Assembly (NCBI GenBank): GCA_027623195.1
Contig: JAQBUT010000009.1
Span: forward strand, 1-64,000
DNA length: 64,000 nucleotides
DNA from: Chloroflexota bacterium
GTDB taxonomy: Bacteria > Chloroflexota > Dehalococcoidia > Lucifugimonadales > JADFKI01
Direction of reading: 5' to 3'
The notes beneath the pieces are model-generated. The model was not told the DNA's origin. It did no database searches and was given only the letters and a program-made list of their open reading frames with translations. Shown here piece by piece: positions 29,060 through 39,493 of this stretch (positions are counted from its first letter, which is position 1; every line of letters begins with the position of its first letter). The translations under genes were made by a program, and so were the position numbers.

Positions 29060-30624
29060 ATTCCCACGCTCACGACGGACGCTGGAATGCTGAAATGAAA
29101 GGTGGATCCTTCGCCAGGTTTGCTTTCCACCCAAATCCTGCCTTCATGCGCCTCTATGATTGACCTGCAAATGGCAAGTCCCAAACCCGAACCGGGCCTT
29201 CCACGACCCCGTTGCGTGGTAACCCGATAGAACTTGTCGAATATCTTATCAATTTCGTCATCAGGTATGCCAATGCCCGAGTCTTTGACATCGGTAATGA
29301 TGTTGGCACCATTATCCTCGTGCAAGTAGGACTTGATTGAAATTTCAGTACCTTGAGACGAATACTTGGAGGCGTTACTAAGAAGATTGGTGATCACACG
29401 ACCAATCTGGTCGTAGTCGGCGTAAACCTCCGGCAATTCCAGGGGTACATCAACATTGATTCGTTGTTGCCCGCCAAGTCTAGACCTATTAAAGCGCCTG
29501 ATGGACTCTTCCGTAATGTCCGCGAGATGGCAGATCTCGGGGTCCATAGGCATTGCGTTAGCCTCAATCCGCGACATGTCGACCAGGTTCCCTACCAGCT
29601 CAGTCATTCGGTCGGCCTCCTCGTCTATGGAGGCCAGGTACTCTAGTATCGTCTCGATATCTCTAGGGCCGTGCTCCAGTAGCAACGCGCTGGCCATGCT
29701 TTTGATACCAGACAGCGGACCCTTAAGGTCATGGCTAACCATGGAAAGAAACTCCGCCTTCACACGTTCAACCTCTTGCAGGGCCGTAATGTCTTCGAAT
29801 ATGGCGATGGCAGCGGAAATCTCTCCGTCTTCTCCGTACACAGGAGCAGCGTTTACTAACGTTGGTATTTCACGGCCGTCGGGAAGGTTGAAGATAACCT
29901 CAACGCCACGGGAGACGGTCCCGTCTCTCAGGGCCTGCTGCAGAGGGAGTTCAGATGTGTCGTAAACACTCCCATCCGGCTTTCTGTAAACCACAGTTCG
30001 CTCGTACTCATCCCGGCTCTCTCCAGCCTGAAGAGGTCTGCCCATTATTCTGGTGGTTTCGCTGTTTGAAAGAACGACCCGGCCATCTCGTGCATCCGCA
30101 ACGATGACTGCGGAGGCTGAGCTTTCTATCATTGCCCGGATACGTCCACGCTCCTCCTCCGCTTCCATACGAAGGCGGTCGTTTTCTAGAGCCGTTGCGG
30201 CATATTGGGCAAATGCCTCAACCACGGTCTGGTCGTGTTCGTCAAATTCTTTTTTACCACTTTTGTTGGTGAGGTAAAGATTCCCAAGAACTCCGCTCTC
30301 CCCAACAATTGGCACCCCCAACATGGAGTCCATAGGAGGATGATTTGGCGGGAAGCCTATGGAGCGCGGGTCACGCAGAATATCGGGAATGCGAATTGGT
30401 TTGCCTTACGCGTGAAGGGCACCCAAAAGGCCCTTACCCACAGGCAAGTCCCCTATGGCTTTTCGCGCCTCATCAGAAATACCTGATGTGATGAATTTCA
30501 ACACGCGACCGTCATCGCCCATGATGGCCAAAGCAGAGTATTCAGCGTCTACCAGTTGCCTGGCCAGATGAGGAATAGACTCCAACACATCCCCTGGTAT
30601 GAACAATTCCTTATCGTTTGGCAT
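29056..30624 (-). pseudogene. GAF (DosS/DevS heme-type)-PAS-HisKA-HATPase sensor kinase interrupted by an in-frame TAA at 30406-30408
   Basis: ORFs 30406..30624 and 29056..30333 share a frame. Read-through gives [40 protein letters not shown]. H-box SHDLKGPL, N-box NLLSNA, G2 GSGLGL. Confidence 0.85.
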
Positions 30625-30772
30625 TCTCTTTCCATGGAGTTTTGGGTTAACAGCCGAGGGTTAATTCATGGTATCTACCTGCTCCGATAGGCCTGGCCCC
30701 ACCGCAACAAGAAGATATTTTACTCAGCAATTGTACCAGAGCATTAACTGAGATTTTATTGCCTAACGGTAC

Positions 30773-30835
30773 TCACATAATCCTCATTTGTTATTCGTCC
30801 AAATCACAACTTCCTCATGCTTTGTGAATTAAAGT
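30773..30835 (+). promoter_or_regulatory. Four-box TCA(C/T) direct-repeat operator plus -10 (TAAAGT) upstream of the DoxX gene
   Basis: TCAC/TCAT at 30773, 30784, 30804, 30815 (spacing 11/20/11); TCACAACTTCCTCA versus TCACAATTTCCTCA at the other site. Confidence 0.65.
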
Positions 30836-30914
30836 ACAGATGCGGGATCAAAAGAGAATAAAAGGAAACCCAACCGCAAACCTCATCAGCGTATCACCCT
30901 TAAGGAGGCTCGTC

Positions 30915-31505
30915 ATGGCTGCTATTATCGAACGGCGACACGTAACAGAGATGGAAACTATAGCTGGCGCTAGAACAGACGTAGTAGCGGAGGCGGAACG
31001 CATTGTTGGCAAGACCGGACGCCTGGAGGGGTACGTGTGGGGCACGTTGAGACTGGGAATGGGTTGGATCTTCTTCTGGGCCTTCATCGACAAGTTGTTC
31101 GGGCTAGGATTCACCACAGCGGCTAAAGATGCATGGCTGGCCGGCGGCTCTCCCACATATGGCTTCCTGGCCTTTGGCACCAAGGGACCGTTCGCTGCCA
31201 TGTACGCGGCAATAGCCGGTAACGTCGTAGTGGACTGGCTGTTCATGCTTGGCCTGGTCTTCGTAGGCATTACGTTGCTGCTGGGGCTGAGCGTGAAACT
31301 GGGAGCGTACACAGGGGGCCTAATGCTGGCGCTTATGTACACGGCTGGCTTCATCCTACCTGAGCACAACCCTTTCTTGGATGAGCACATCGTCTACGCC
31401 GTCATCATGATTGGTCTGGCTGCGGCTGGCGCAGGCCGCACCATGGGTCTCGGTCGCTGGTGGGCGGAAACACCGATGGTCCGCCGTTACCCAATACTGG
31501 AATAG
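30915..31505 (+). CDS. DoxX/DoxD (TQO-like) membrane protein
   Basis: LRLGMGWIFFWAFIDKLFGLG, NPFLDEHIVY, GLGRWW; SD AAGGAGG before ATG at 30915. Confidence 0.85.
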   Translation: MAAIIERRHVTEMETIAGARTDVVAEAERIVGKTGRLEGYVWGTLRLGMGWIFFWAFIDKLFGLGFTTAAKDAWLAGGSPTYGFLAFGTKGPFAAMYAAIAGNVVVDWLFMLGLVFVGITLLLGLSVKLGAYTGGLMLALMYTAGFILPEHNPFLDEHIVYAVIMIGLAAAGAGRTMGLGRWWAETPMVRRYPILE

Positions 31506-31544
31506 TTGAGACTGAATCCAGAACTGACCGACGACCAGTAAAGT

Positions 31545-31579
31545 AGAAGGGCTTCTCATACCGAGAGGCCCTTCTTTTT
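31545..31579 (+). terminator. Intrinsic terminator after the DoxX gene
   Basis: AGAAGGGCTTCTC/GAGAGGCCCTTCT followed by T-run. Confidence 0.8.
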
Positions 31580-31751
31580 GATATCAGTTAACAGGGACTT
31601 GGAACATTGAACAAAATGTCGCAATCATGCTCGTGGCTTCAAGTGCTCACCATACACGCAGTTATTAAAAATTCCGTTCGTCTCTGCGGTGTATGGAAGA
31701 ACTATGCGCCCAGATTTAAGGCCCTTGTTCGAATCTTAGGTTAGGCTCAAA

Positions 31752-32603
31752 TCAAGCATTAGCCAACCGTCGGCGAATTTCCTTCAGCCTGTCAAGGTTG
31801 GCTTTGTCTGGCCCCTTCTTGTCCTCGCCAGGCACCTCCAGCAAGAAGGGTACGCGCTGGAAAGCCGAGTGCGCCATGATGGTCTCGAATCCGGCTATAC
31901 CGATATGCCCTTCCCCTATGTTCTCGTGGCGGTCCACCCCTGAAGCGAACTCGACCTTCGCGTCGTTGGCGTGAACCACGACGAGGCGGTCCAGTCCAAT
32001 CTCCTTGTCGAACTCGGCCATAGCACCCTCTATGCCGTCGGGATCGGCTATGTTGTACCCCGCTGCGAAAGCGTGTTCCGTATCAAGGCATATCTTCAGT
32101 CGTGGGTTGTCGATAGCCTTCATCAACCGACCCAGTTCCGCGAACGAGGCCCCGATTTGGGCGCCCATCCCCGCACAGTTTTCTATGATTAGCTGAACAT
32201 CTGGCGGGCTGCCTGCCAGAACCCGAGTAAGAGCGTCTGCGGCCTGGTCTAGCACAGCGTCGAAGCCTACGCCCTTGTGGCTCCCAGAGTGAAATATAAC
32301 GCCCTCAGCGCCAATCTGTCCCGCCGCGTGCATGGTCTGCCCCAGTGCGATGACCGATTTCTCCACCAACTCCGGGGTGCCCCCGATGTTAACGAGATAC
32401 AAACCGTGAATAAAGGTCGACTTTATGCCTGCCTCTTCCACACCCTCTCGAAAGGCCAGAACCTGGTTCTCGGCCAGGGCCTTGAAAGCCCACGCCCTGG
32501 GTGACGAAGCGAAAATCTGAATGGTCTCCGCGCCGATTTCCTGCGCCCTCTCTACGGCCTTCGAGATGCCGCCTGCGGTGGAAACGTGCGCTCCCAAATC
32601 CAT
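31752..32603 (-). CDS. nfo: Endonuclease IV
   Basis: LGAHVSTAGG, IENCAG, CLDTEH, HANDAK, DRHENIGEG. Confidence 0.95.
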   Translation of the reverse strand: MDLGAHVSTAGGISKAVERAQEIGAETIQIFASSPRAWAFKALAENQVLAFREGVEEAGIKSTFIHGLYLVNIGGTPELVEKSVIALGQTMHAAGQIGAEGVIFHSGSHKGVGFDAVLDQAADALTRVLAGSPPDVQLIIENCAGMGAQIGASFAELGRLMKAIDNPRLKICLDTEHAFAAGYNIADPDGIEGAMAEFDKEIGLDRLVVVHANDAKVEFASGVDRHENIGEGHIGIAGFETIMAHSAFQRVPFLLEVPGEDKKGPDKANLDRLKEIRRRLANA

Positions 32604-32997
32604 AACGTATCTCCTCGGTCATACTGTTGTTGAGTTGAGGACAAATTATATGCCCTTAACAATCTCAAAGCCAATCAAGGTATTGCTGATCCATGCTCCT
32701 CAGGCTTTAGTTCTGATGTTGTAAGCCTGAAAATCCGGTCGGCGTTCTGTTATTCTTTATACTAAGAGGACTCGCACAAAGGGCGCCAAATCTGAGCGCA
32801 TTTGCCTTCGATCCGCCACTGCAGATGCGAACGGAATATTCATATCAACCCGCCGAGGCGGGTCGTAAGCCCGTCGAGCCATACCCCTCAAAACGACTAG
32901 TTGCACAACGCAACCTTAAAGCTACGACACCAAATTTTGATGCCAAACCTTGATTTGGCAATCAGCGAAAAATAAATATCAAGGGAGTTATGCCTAA

Positions 32998-33897
32998 ATG
33001 ACAATAAAGACAATTGCTATCTACAGCCCCGGTGACATGGGGTCTGGCGTAGGACGGGTTCTCGTAGAGAACGGATACGACGTGATCACATCACTGGAGG
33101 GCCGCAGCACTCGGACCGCGGAATTGGCAAAGTCCTCCAGTATTCGCGACGTCGGTAGCATCGACAACATGGTGAAGGAGGCCGACCTCATCCTGTGCAT
33201 CATGGTTCCCGCGCAGGCAGTGGGCGCTGCCGATATCGTAGCCGCCTCGATGCAGTCCACTGGCGTATCGACGTACTACGCCGACTGCAATGCGGTTTCA
33301 CCCAAGACCACACGAGCCATCGGCGATGCCATATCCAGCGCAGGCGGAAGGTTCATCGACGGCGGCATCATTGGCGGCTCTCCCAACCGGGGCGAGGCTC
33401 CCAGGTTCTACGTCTCCGGGCCAAACGCTTCTTTCATGAACGATCTGGATGGCAAGGGAATCGCAGTCCGAGACATGGGCGGCGAGATTGGACACGGCTC
33501 CGGCATCAAGATGTGCTACGCCGCTCTGACCAAAGGCACCTCCACATTGCAGATAGCCCTGCTGGCGGCCGCCGAGGCCATGGGCCTATCCGACCAGTTG
33601 CGTGCCGAATTTGAGAGCAGCCAGCCCAACGCCCTGAAGCAGATGGACACTGGTATATCCCGGCTTCCGCCCAACGCGCACCGGTGGATCGGCGAAATGG
33701 AAGAGATATCGGCTACATTTGAGCAGGTTGGCGTATCGCCGTTCTTCCATAAAGGCGCAGCGGATATATATCGACTGCTAAGTCAGACCTCATTCGCATC
33801 AGAAACGCCCGAATCGGGGGACAAGAACAGGCCCACTAGCGAAACCATCAAGGCAGTTGTCGAGATAATTAACGCTGGCGTAGCGACCGGAGACTAG
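32998..33897 (+). CDS. NAD(P)-dependent oxidoreductase, 6-phosphogluconate/3-hydroxyisobutyrate dehydrogenase-like with DUF1932-type C-terminus
   Basis: SPGDMGSGVG, DCNAVSP, IKMCYAALTKG, RWIGEMEEI. Confidence 0.85.
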   Translation: MTIKTIAIYSPGDMGSGVGRVLVENGYDVITSLEGRSTRTAELAKSSSIRDVGSIDNMVKEADLILCIMVPAQAVGAADIVAASMQSTGVSTYYADCNAVSPKTTRAIGDAISSAGGRFIDGGIIGGSPNRGEAPRFYVSGPNASFMNDLDGKGIAVRDMGGEIGHGSGIKMCYAALTKGTSTLQIALLAAAEAMGLSDQLRAEFESSQPNALKQMDTGISRLPPNAHRWIGEMEEISATFEQVGVSPFFHKGAADIYRLLSQTSFASETPESGDKNRPTSETIKAVVEIINAGVATGD

Positions 33898-33906
33898 TCC
33901 CAGCAC

Positions 33907-34947
33907 ATGAAGGCTCTCTATTTAGAAGCACCAGGAGAAGAACCCGACCTCAAGATTCGGGACGTCCCTCTACCTGAAATCAGGGAGAGGGACGCGCTGG
34001 TCCGCGTGGCTGCGTGCGGTCTGTGTCACCACGACGTGGCCGTGATGTCCGGTATGCTGCGGAGGGGCGTGCGCCCGGAAATAATCCTGGGTCATGAAAT
34101 TTCCGGGGTAGTGCAACAGGTTGGAGGGTCGGTGCAGTCCCTTCAGGAGGGCGACCGAGTCGTTGCCACACTGACGGCTTTTTGCGGTGAATGCGACCGC
34201 TGTTTGAGCGGACTACAGTATCGCTGCAGACAAGGCCAAGGCATAGGCCACGCCATAAGCGGCGGCTTCGCCCAATACGTTGCCCTGCCGGCCACCTCGC
34301 TCCTCCCAGTGCCGGATGGCGTGGACATTGTTGAGGCTTGCGTCGCAGCATGTCCCGTCGGTGTAACCATTCAGGCCATATCCGAAGTTGCCAGGGTAAA
34401 ACCCGGCGAGACCGTTCTGGTGGTGGGCGCTGGCGGCGGGTTAGGGGCTCATGCGCTGCAGGTCGCGGCAACCCAGGGCGCTCGAGTAATCGGCGTAACA
34501 ACCTCCCCGGGTAAGATGCAGGCCATCGAGGCATTGGGAAACGTAGAGGTCATTCTTTCCACAGAGGACCTGGACTTCTCGGAGATCGCAATGGCGCTGA
34601 CGGGCGATGAGGGTGCGGACGTTGTGCTGAACACGGTGGGCTCAGCGGTATTCAATTCGTGCCTGGCAAGTCTTTCACAATTCGGCCGCATGGTTGTAAT
34701 GGGAGAGGTTACCGGAGCCAGGGCCAATTTCAATCTGACTGATGTGCTGTTTCGTGACGCGACGATAGCAGGCTCCACCGGTACATCGCCAAGTAACATC
34801 GCCAGGGCGTTGGGCATGATGTCCACGGGCGGTGTGAAGCCGATCATTCACGAACGTATGAATCTAGCGAATGCTGCGGAAGGTTTCAGGCTTGTCAGGT
34901 CTAGAAACGCCTTCGGTAGAATCGTACTCATTCCTCCACAAGCGTAA
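33907..34947 (+). CDS. Zn-dependent alcohol dehydrogenase (MDR family)
   Basis: CGLCHHD, GHE, CGECDRC...C, GAGGGLG. Confidence 0.92.
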   Translation: MKALYLEAPGEEPDLKIRDVPLPEIRERDALVRVAACGLCHHDVAVMSGMLRRGVRPEIILGHEISGVVQQVGGSVQSLQEGDRVVATLTAFCGECDRCLSGLQYRCRQGQGIGHAISGGFAQYVALPATSLLPVPDGVDIVEACVAACPVGVTIQAISEVARVKPGETVLVVGAGGGLGAHALQVAATQGARVIGVTTSPGKMQAIEALGNVEVILSTEDLDFSEIAMALTGDEGADVVLNTVGSAVFNSCLASLSQFGRMVVMGEVTGARANFNLTDVLFRDATIAGSTGTSPSNIARALGMMSTGGVKPIIHERMNLANAAEGFRLVRSRNAFGRIVLIPPQA

Positions 34948-34975
34948 CCTGAAATGGCGATAAACCGTATTGAAT

Positions 34976-35016
34976 AAAAAGGGGCCTCTCGCTGTTGTTA
35001 AGCGAGAGGCCCCTTT
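34976..35016. terminator. Bidirectional terminator
   Basis: AAAGGGGCCTCTCGCT...AGCGAGAGGCCCCTTT. Confidence 0.85.
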
Positions 35017-35036
35017 GAATATCTCAAAGGTTTTTA

Positions 35037-35969
35037 TTAGACGGAAGCGGCAGACCTGCCTGGCGAACGCACTCTTCGGAACAACCGACCGATGTCCCCA
35101 GAATCCCAGGTCGCAAGCACTTGACTGGCAATGGCCACGGAGCTGTAGGTTCCGGCCACCACCCCTATAAGCAGCACCAGCAGGAAAGAACGTATAGTCA
35201 CGCCTCCGAACAGGAACAGTGCCATTAGCGTCACCAACAACGTCAGGCTGGTATTCAGGGACCGTCCAAGCGTTTCCGAGATGCTGACGTTAATGTTGTC
35301 GCTGAACCTCCGATTGGGGAAATTTATGACGTTCTCCCTCAGCCTATCGAACACCACGATGGTGTCGTTAACGCTGTAGCCGATAACCGTCAGGACGGCA
35401 ATGAGGAACATCGTGTTCACTTCCGTGCCTAACAAATTGCCAAGTATGGCGAATATCCCGACGACGATAATGGTGTCGTGCAGCAGGGCCACGATGGCAG
35501 CAACGCCATATCGGAACGGGCTAGGGACACTACGGAACGCCCACCACAAATAAACAAAGATACCCACGGTGGCGGCAAGAACAGCGTATATGCCGTTCAG
35601 AATAGTCTCCTGAGCTATGGCGGGCGAAACCAGGTCGAAAGACAGCACGTTAACACCGTCCGGCGACAGCTTCGCCTCCAGGGCATTCGCTATCGCAGTT
35701 TTGTCGGCCTCTGTTAACTCTGGCATGCGTACGAAGAAGGTATCCTCACCAAAGGACTGAACAGAAGCGTCCGGATACCCCTCCAGCGTAAGCTCATCCC
35801 TCAATTGCTGCTGTGTCACCGTGTTGGAGAATCCCAGCGTGAGGGTAGAGCCTCCGGTGAAGTCAATGCCCGGCCTTAGGCCGGGGGATATGATCAGAAA
35901 CACGATTCCTGGCAATATCACCAGAAAGGAAACCAGGAAGAACCAGTTTCTCTTGCCAACGAAATTCAA
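35037..35969 (-). CDS. secF: Protein translocase subunit SecF
   Basis: GIDFTGG, IGYSVNDTIVVFDRLREN. Confidence 0.96.
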   Translation of the reverse strand: MNFVGKRNWFFLVSFLVILPGIVFLIISPGLRPGIDFTGGSTLTLGFSNTVTQQQLRDELTLEGYPDASVQSFGEDTFFVRMPELTEADKTAIANALEAKLSPDGVNVLSFDLVSPAIAQETILNGIYAVLAATVGIFVYLWWAFRSVPSPFRYGVAAIVALLHDTIIVVGIFAILGNLLGTEVNTMFLIAVLTVIGYSVNDTIVVFDRLRENVINFPNRRFSDNINVSISETLGRSLNTSLTLLVTLMALFLFGGVTIRSFLLVLLIGVVAGTYSSVAIASQVLATWDSGDIGRLFRRVRSPGRSAASV

Positions 35970-35972
35970 TTT

Positions 35973-37817
35973 TTAGCTCCTCTGTACTGCGGGGCTGCCG
36001 CTTCTTTGCTGAGGCAGGTCTGATCCTCCGGACGGTACGAACATCCTCAAATGACTAGACAGACCCGTCGATGCGATAACCCGGAGGATAGTTCTGCTTA
36101 CGAAAATGGCTGAGAACATGCTGATCAGCACGCCTATGGCCAAGGCCGCGGCGAAGCCCTGAACGATTGTCGTCCCAAGCTGGTTGGAGAAGTAGAACAG
36201 AATGCCACACGTTATCAATGTGGAAACGTTGCTGTCCCTAATGGCTGGCCACGCCCTGTTAAATCCTATGTTGATTGCAGAGTTCAGTGTTCGTCCGTTC
36301 CTAAGCTCATCCTTCATACGTTCGAATATGAGAACGTTGGCGTCCACTGCCATACCAATTGACAGTATGGTCGCGGCGACACCGGAAAGGGTTAGGGTAA
36401 CGGGCATGATTTTGAATACCGCAAACACCAGAACCGAGTAAGTCACCAGCGCTATGGATGCAATTACACCGGGCACTCGGTAGTACAGCGTCATAAACAG
36501 GAATACCAGGGCCAGGCCTACGGCACCGGCCACAACGCTATCTGCCAGCGAGTCGGCGCCCAATATCGCGTCAACATCTCGCTCCTGCACAAGCAAAATG
36601 GGCACCGGCAAACGGCCGCCCTCAAGCTGTAGGGCTATATCCCGAGTTCTCTCGATTGTGAAGTCCCTACCCTGAATAATAGCAGTGCCGGAAGTAATTG
36701 GCTGCGTTACGGTGGGAGCTATTAACTCCCTATCATCCAGGAATATGGCTATGAAATCGGTCGGGCTACCTGCTATTTCAGTGGTCAGGAGTCCAAAAAG
36801 CTTGGTGCCCTCTTCATCAAATTCGATGTTTATGATGGGCTGGTCACTACCAGAGTGTAGGCTGGGATACGCCCTTGCCAGGTTGTCTCCGCTCAGGCCG
36901 AAGTCCTCATCCACGCTACCCTGAAGCCTAACGAAGCTTACAGTCGCCTGATCGCCCACGATAGCCTGTGCGCTGGCTATGTCCAGAGGCTTGCCTTCAA
37001 CGCGTTCGCCTACGTCCGGTGGAAATGGGAATATGAATCTATTGCTGTCGCCCAGGCGCTGAACCACCGGCCCAATCACCTGGTATTTAAGGGATTGGCC
37101 GCCTTCAATAGAAAGCTCCAATGCGCTGGGAGGAACCTCCCCTGCTAATTGGGGAGGTGTTAGACCAACAGATGCCCTAACCTCTGCGAATTTTTGGGCG
37201 CCCTCAGGTGTGAACTCCACAATTATCACCGGGGGGTAATCTTCGGCCACCGGCAGCACCGGTTCCACGGGCTCTACGCCGGGCTCAGGGGTCGGCTGTG
37301 AAGAGTTCCCGATCTGATCAAGTATTTCCTGAGGCATTGGCTCCGCTGATATGTTGACTATATCCTCGGCAACTATAATGCCGTCGGCTTCCAGGTCCTG
37401 AGGTACGTTCACTTTCCTATGCTTGAACTCAAGGCGGGCGGTCTCACCGATAAGACTTTTGGCCCGTGCCAAGTCTTCCACACCCGGCAGCTGAATGAGG
37501 AGCCGGTCGCTGCCCAATACTTGAATGCTCGGCTCACCTAATCCTGATGCGTTGACGCGCTCCTCAATTAGGCGGAGCAAGCTGGCCATATCTTCTTCGG
37601 TGACCAACTGCTTTTCACCGGTGGTGGCGTCTACTACCGGCTGAGCCTCATAAACAAGGTGGCTCCCTCCCTGCAGGTCCAAGCCCAGGCTGAGCCCAAG
37701 GAGAGTATCCCCGCCACGCTCAAAGCCTCCAATCTTTAGTGGATTGAACAGCAGAGCGGCCAAAGCTACCGCAACCAGAATTGTGACAAATATCAAGGAC
37801 TTTGCGTTTCTACGCAC
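35973..37817 (-). CDS. secD: Protein translocase subunit SecD
   Basis: LGLDLQGG, IGMAVDANVLIFER, AIRDSNVST. Confidence 0.96.
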   Translation of the reverse strand: MRRNAKSLIFVTILVAVALAALLFNPLKIGGFERGGDTLLGLSLGLDLQGGSHLVYEAQPVVDATTGEKQLVTEEDMASLLRLIEERVNASGLGEPSIQVLGSDRLLIQLPGVEDLARAKSLIGETARLEFKHRKVNVPQDLEADGIIVAEDIVNISAEPMPQEILDQIGNSSQPTPEPGVEPVEPVLPVAEDYPPVIIVEFTPEGAQKFAEVRASVGLTPPQLAGEVPPSALELSIEGGQSLKYQVIGPVVQRLGDSNRFIFPFPPDVGERVEGKPLDIASAQAIVGDQATVSFVRLQGSVDEDFGLSGDNLARAYPSLHSGSDQPIINIEFDEEGTKLFGLLTTEIAGSPTDFIAIFLDDRELIAPTVTQPITSGTAIIQGRDFTIERTRDIALQLEGGRLPVPILLVQERDVDAILGADSLADSVVAGAVGLALVFLFMTLYYRVPGVIASIALVTYSVLVFAVFKIMPVTLTLSGVAATILSIGMAVDANVLIFERMKDELRNGRTLNSAINIGFNRAWPAIRDSNVSTLITCGILFYFSNQLGTTIVQGFAAALAIGVLISMFSAIFVSRTILRVIASTGLSSHLRMFVPSGGSDLPQQRSGSPAVQRS

Positions 37818-39384
37818 CGCAACCTCCGGGTTCCAGCATGGAATCGGCCAAGGATCTGATTAGACCCAGGGCTTCGTCTGTCGAATTAACCTCTCCATTC
37901 GCCTGGGCTTCGAGCACGAGTCCTAGTAGTCTCCCCACTTCAGGACCAGACGGCAAAGAGAGCGCAACCATTATATCGTGACCGGTGATGATTTTAGGAA
38001 GGGTTTCCGGGGCACTTTGCTGCCGACCTTTGATAAGAATGTATTCCATCAACTCGCAATGATCCCTCCAATCCTGCTCTGTTATAGTGGGACCTCGCGC
38101 AGCCAGAAAGTCCGCCATGTTCAGGTAAAGCGTGTCCACAGCGCCTTCGGAAACATCCCGATAGTAGCGGTAAAGTGCCCTACCCGACGGCATTTCTCCC
38201 TTGGCAGCCATCTGTGTCGGACGAAGGTGATTGCGTATCATTTGCGACACTAATCTGGTCCCACGTCGGCTAAAACGAAGCCGGCCAAGTATTTCACCAG
38301 CCATCTCTTCTCCGACGGTGTGGTGACCAAGGAAGCGCATTTTGCCTGAAGCCTCTATCGTTTTCGTTGCGGGCTTGGCCACGTCGTGCAGCAAAGCCGT
38401 TAGCTTTAGAAAGGTCAGCCGCGTATGGCCATCGCCTATATCCTCCTGGAAATACCCCTGCATACCTTCGAACGTTGGCACAGCTGCGGTTAAGAAATCG
38501 CCCTGCAATGGTTGGGGGCCCAACCGAGTGGACTGGTGGCCGAACAGGAACGAAAAAATCATGTCGACGTGACCAACGGCCTCCACAAGATGGTTAAAAA
38601 CATCCCAGTGGTGCTCTTTGGGCTGGGTTATACCTCTTGCCTCGTCTAGCTCCGGCAAGACCTGCGATAGCAGCCCGGCCCCATCCAACCAACGTACCGA
38701 TTCGGCGGCGGACGGCGCGGACAGCAGTCTCATTAGCTCGTCACGCACCCGCTCTGGCGCTACACCAGTTACGAGAGCGGCGTCCCGACGGATTTTCGCT
38801 TCGGTATCCGCTTCGATAGTGAAACCAAGTTGCGCAGCTAGCCGGGGCGCACGAAGAAGCCTGGCGGGGTCATCACGGAATGTATCATCGGCGTTTGCCC
38901 TGATCACCTCCGCATCCAGGTCGGCCAGACCTCCCACCAGATCTGTAATTGCATCACGATGGAAAGTTTCAGCAGCGAGTGGGATAGCCAGGGCGTCAAC
39001 AGAAAAGTCTCGACGGCGAAGGTCAGCCTCAATCCCGCCAACCATCCCGGATATGTCCACGTAAGCGATGTCGTTATCGATGACGGCGGTGGCGGGAACA
39101 ATGACGCGTCCGATGTCCCAGTCCTGGTGCATCTGCACGTATTGCCCGCCAAGAGCGTTGGCAAGTTCCAAGCCTACGGCCGCAATGTCTCCCTCGATAG
39201 CTATGTCTACGTCCTGGGGTTTTATACCCAACAGACAGTCGCGAATGATACCGCCAACGAGATAAGGATTCTGCATTTTTGACTCAAAGAACTCCCGCAG
39301 AAAGTTGACCAGCGGCGGCCACGGTATGGGCGCGGTGCCTGCTTTAGGGGAAGAGGGGGACGTTGGTTCGTTCATCAGATCCAA
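37810..39384 (-). CDS. cca: CCA-adding enzyme/poly(A) polymerase family with HD domain
   Basis: YLVGGIIRD, DVD, DLRRRDF, DDPARLLRA, LLHDVAKP. Confidence 0.88.
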   Translation of the reverse strand: MDLMNEPTSPSSPKAGTAPIPWPPLVNFLREFFESKMQNPYLVGGIIRDCLLGIKPQDVDIAIEGDIAAVGLELANALGGQYVQMHQDWDIGRVIVPATAVIDNDIAYVDISGMVGGIEADLRRRDFSVDALAIPLAAETFHRDAITDLVGGLADLDAEVIRANADDTFRDDPARLLRAPRLAAQLGFTIEADTEAKIRRDAALVTGVAPERVRDELMRLLSAPSAAESVRWLDGAGLLSQVLPELDEARGITQPKEHHWDVFNHLVEAVGHVDMIFSFLFGHQSTRLGPQPLQGDFLTAAVPTFEGMQGYFQEDIGDGHTRLTFLKLTALLHDVAKPATKTIEASGKMRFLGHHTVGEEMAGEILGRLRFSRRGTRLVSQMIRNHLRPTQMAAKGEMPSGRALYRYYRDVSEGAVDTLYLNMADFLAARGPTITEQDWRDHCELMEYILIKGRQQSAPETLPKIITGHDIMVALSLPSGPEVGRLLGLVLEAQANGEVNSTDEALGLIRSLADSMLEPGGCGA

Positions 39385-39493
39385 TTATTCTTCAGAGGGC
39401 GTTTCGGGAAGTGTCGTGTTTCTGTATAAATATCCGACGGAGCGGACATAAGTTAGGGGAAATTCGAACGCTGCCAGAAGCGGATAACGCCTG

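Noticed and set aside
32848..32888. Small hairpin CCCGCCGAGGCGGG plus a REP-like GCCCGTCGAGCC segment in the nfo intergenic region
   Set aside because: Single degenerate copy in the window; cannot support a REP or riboswitch call.
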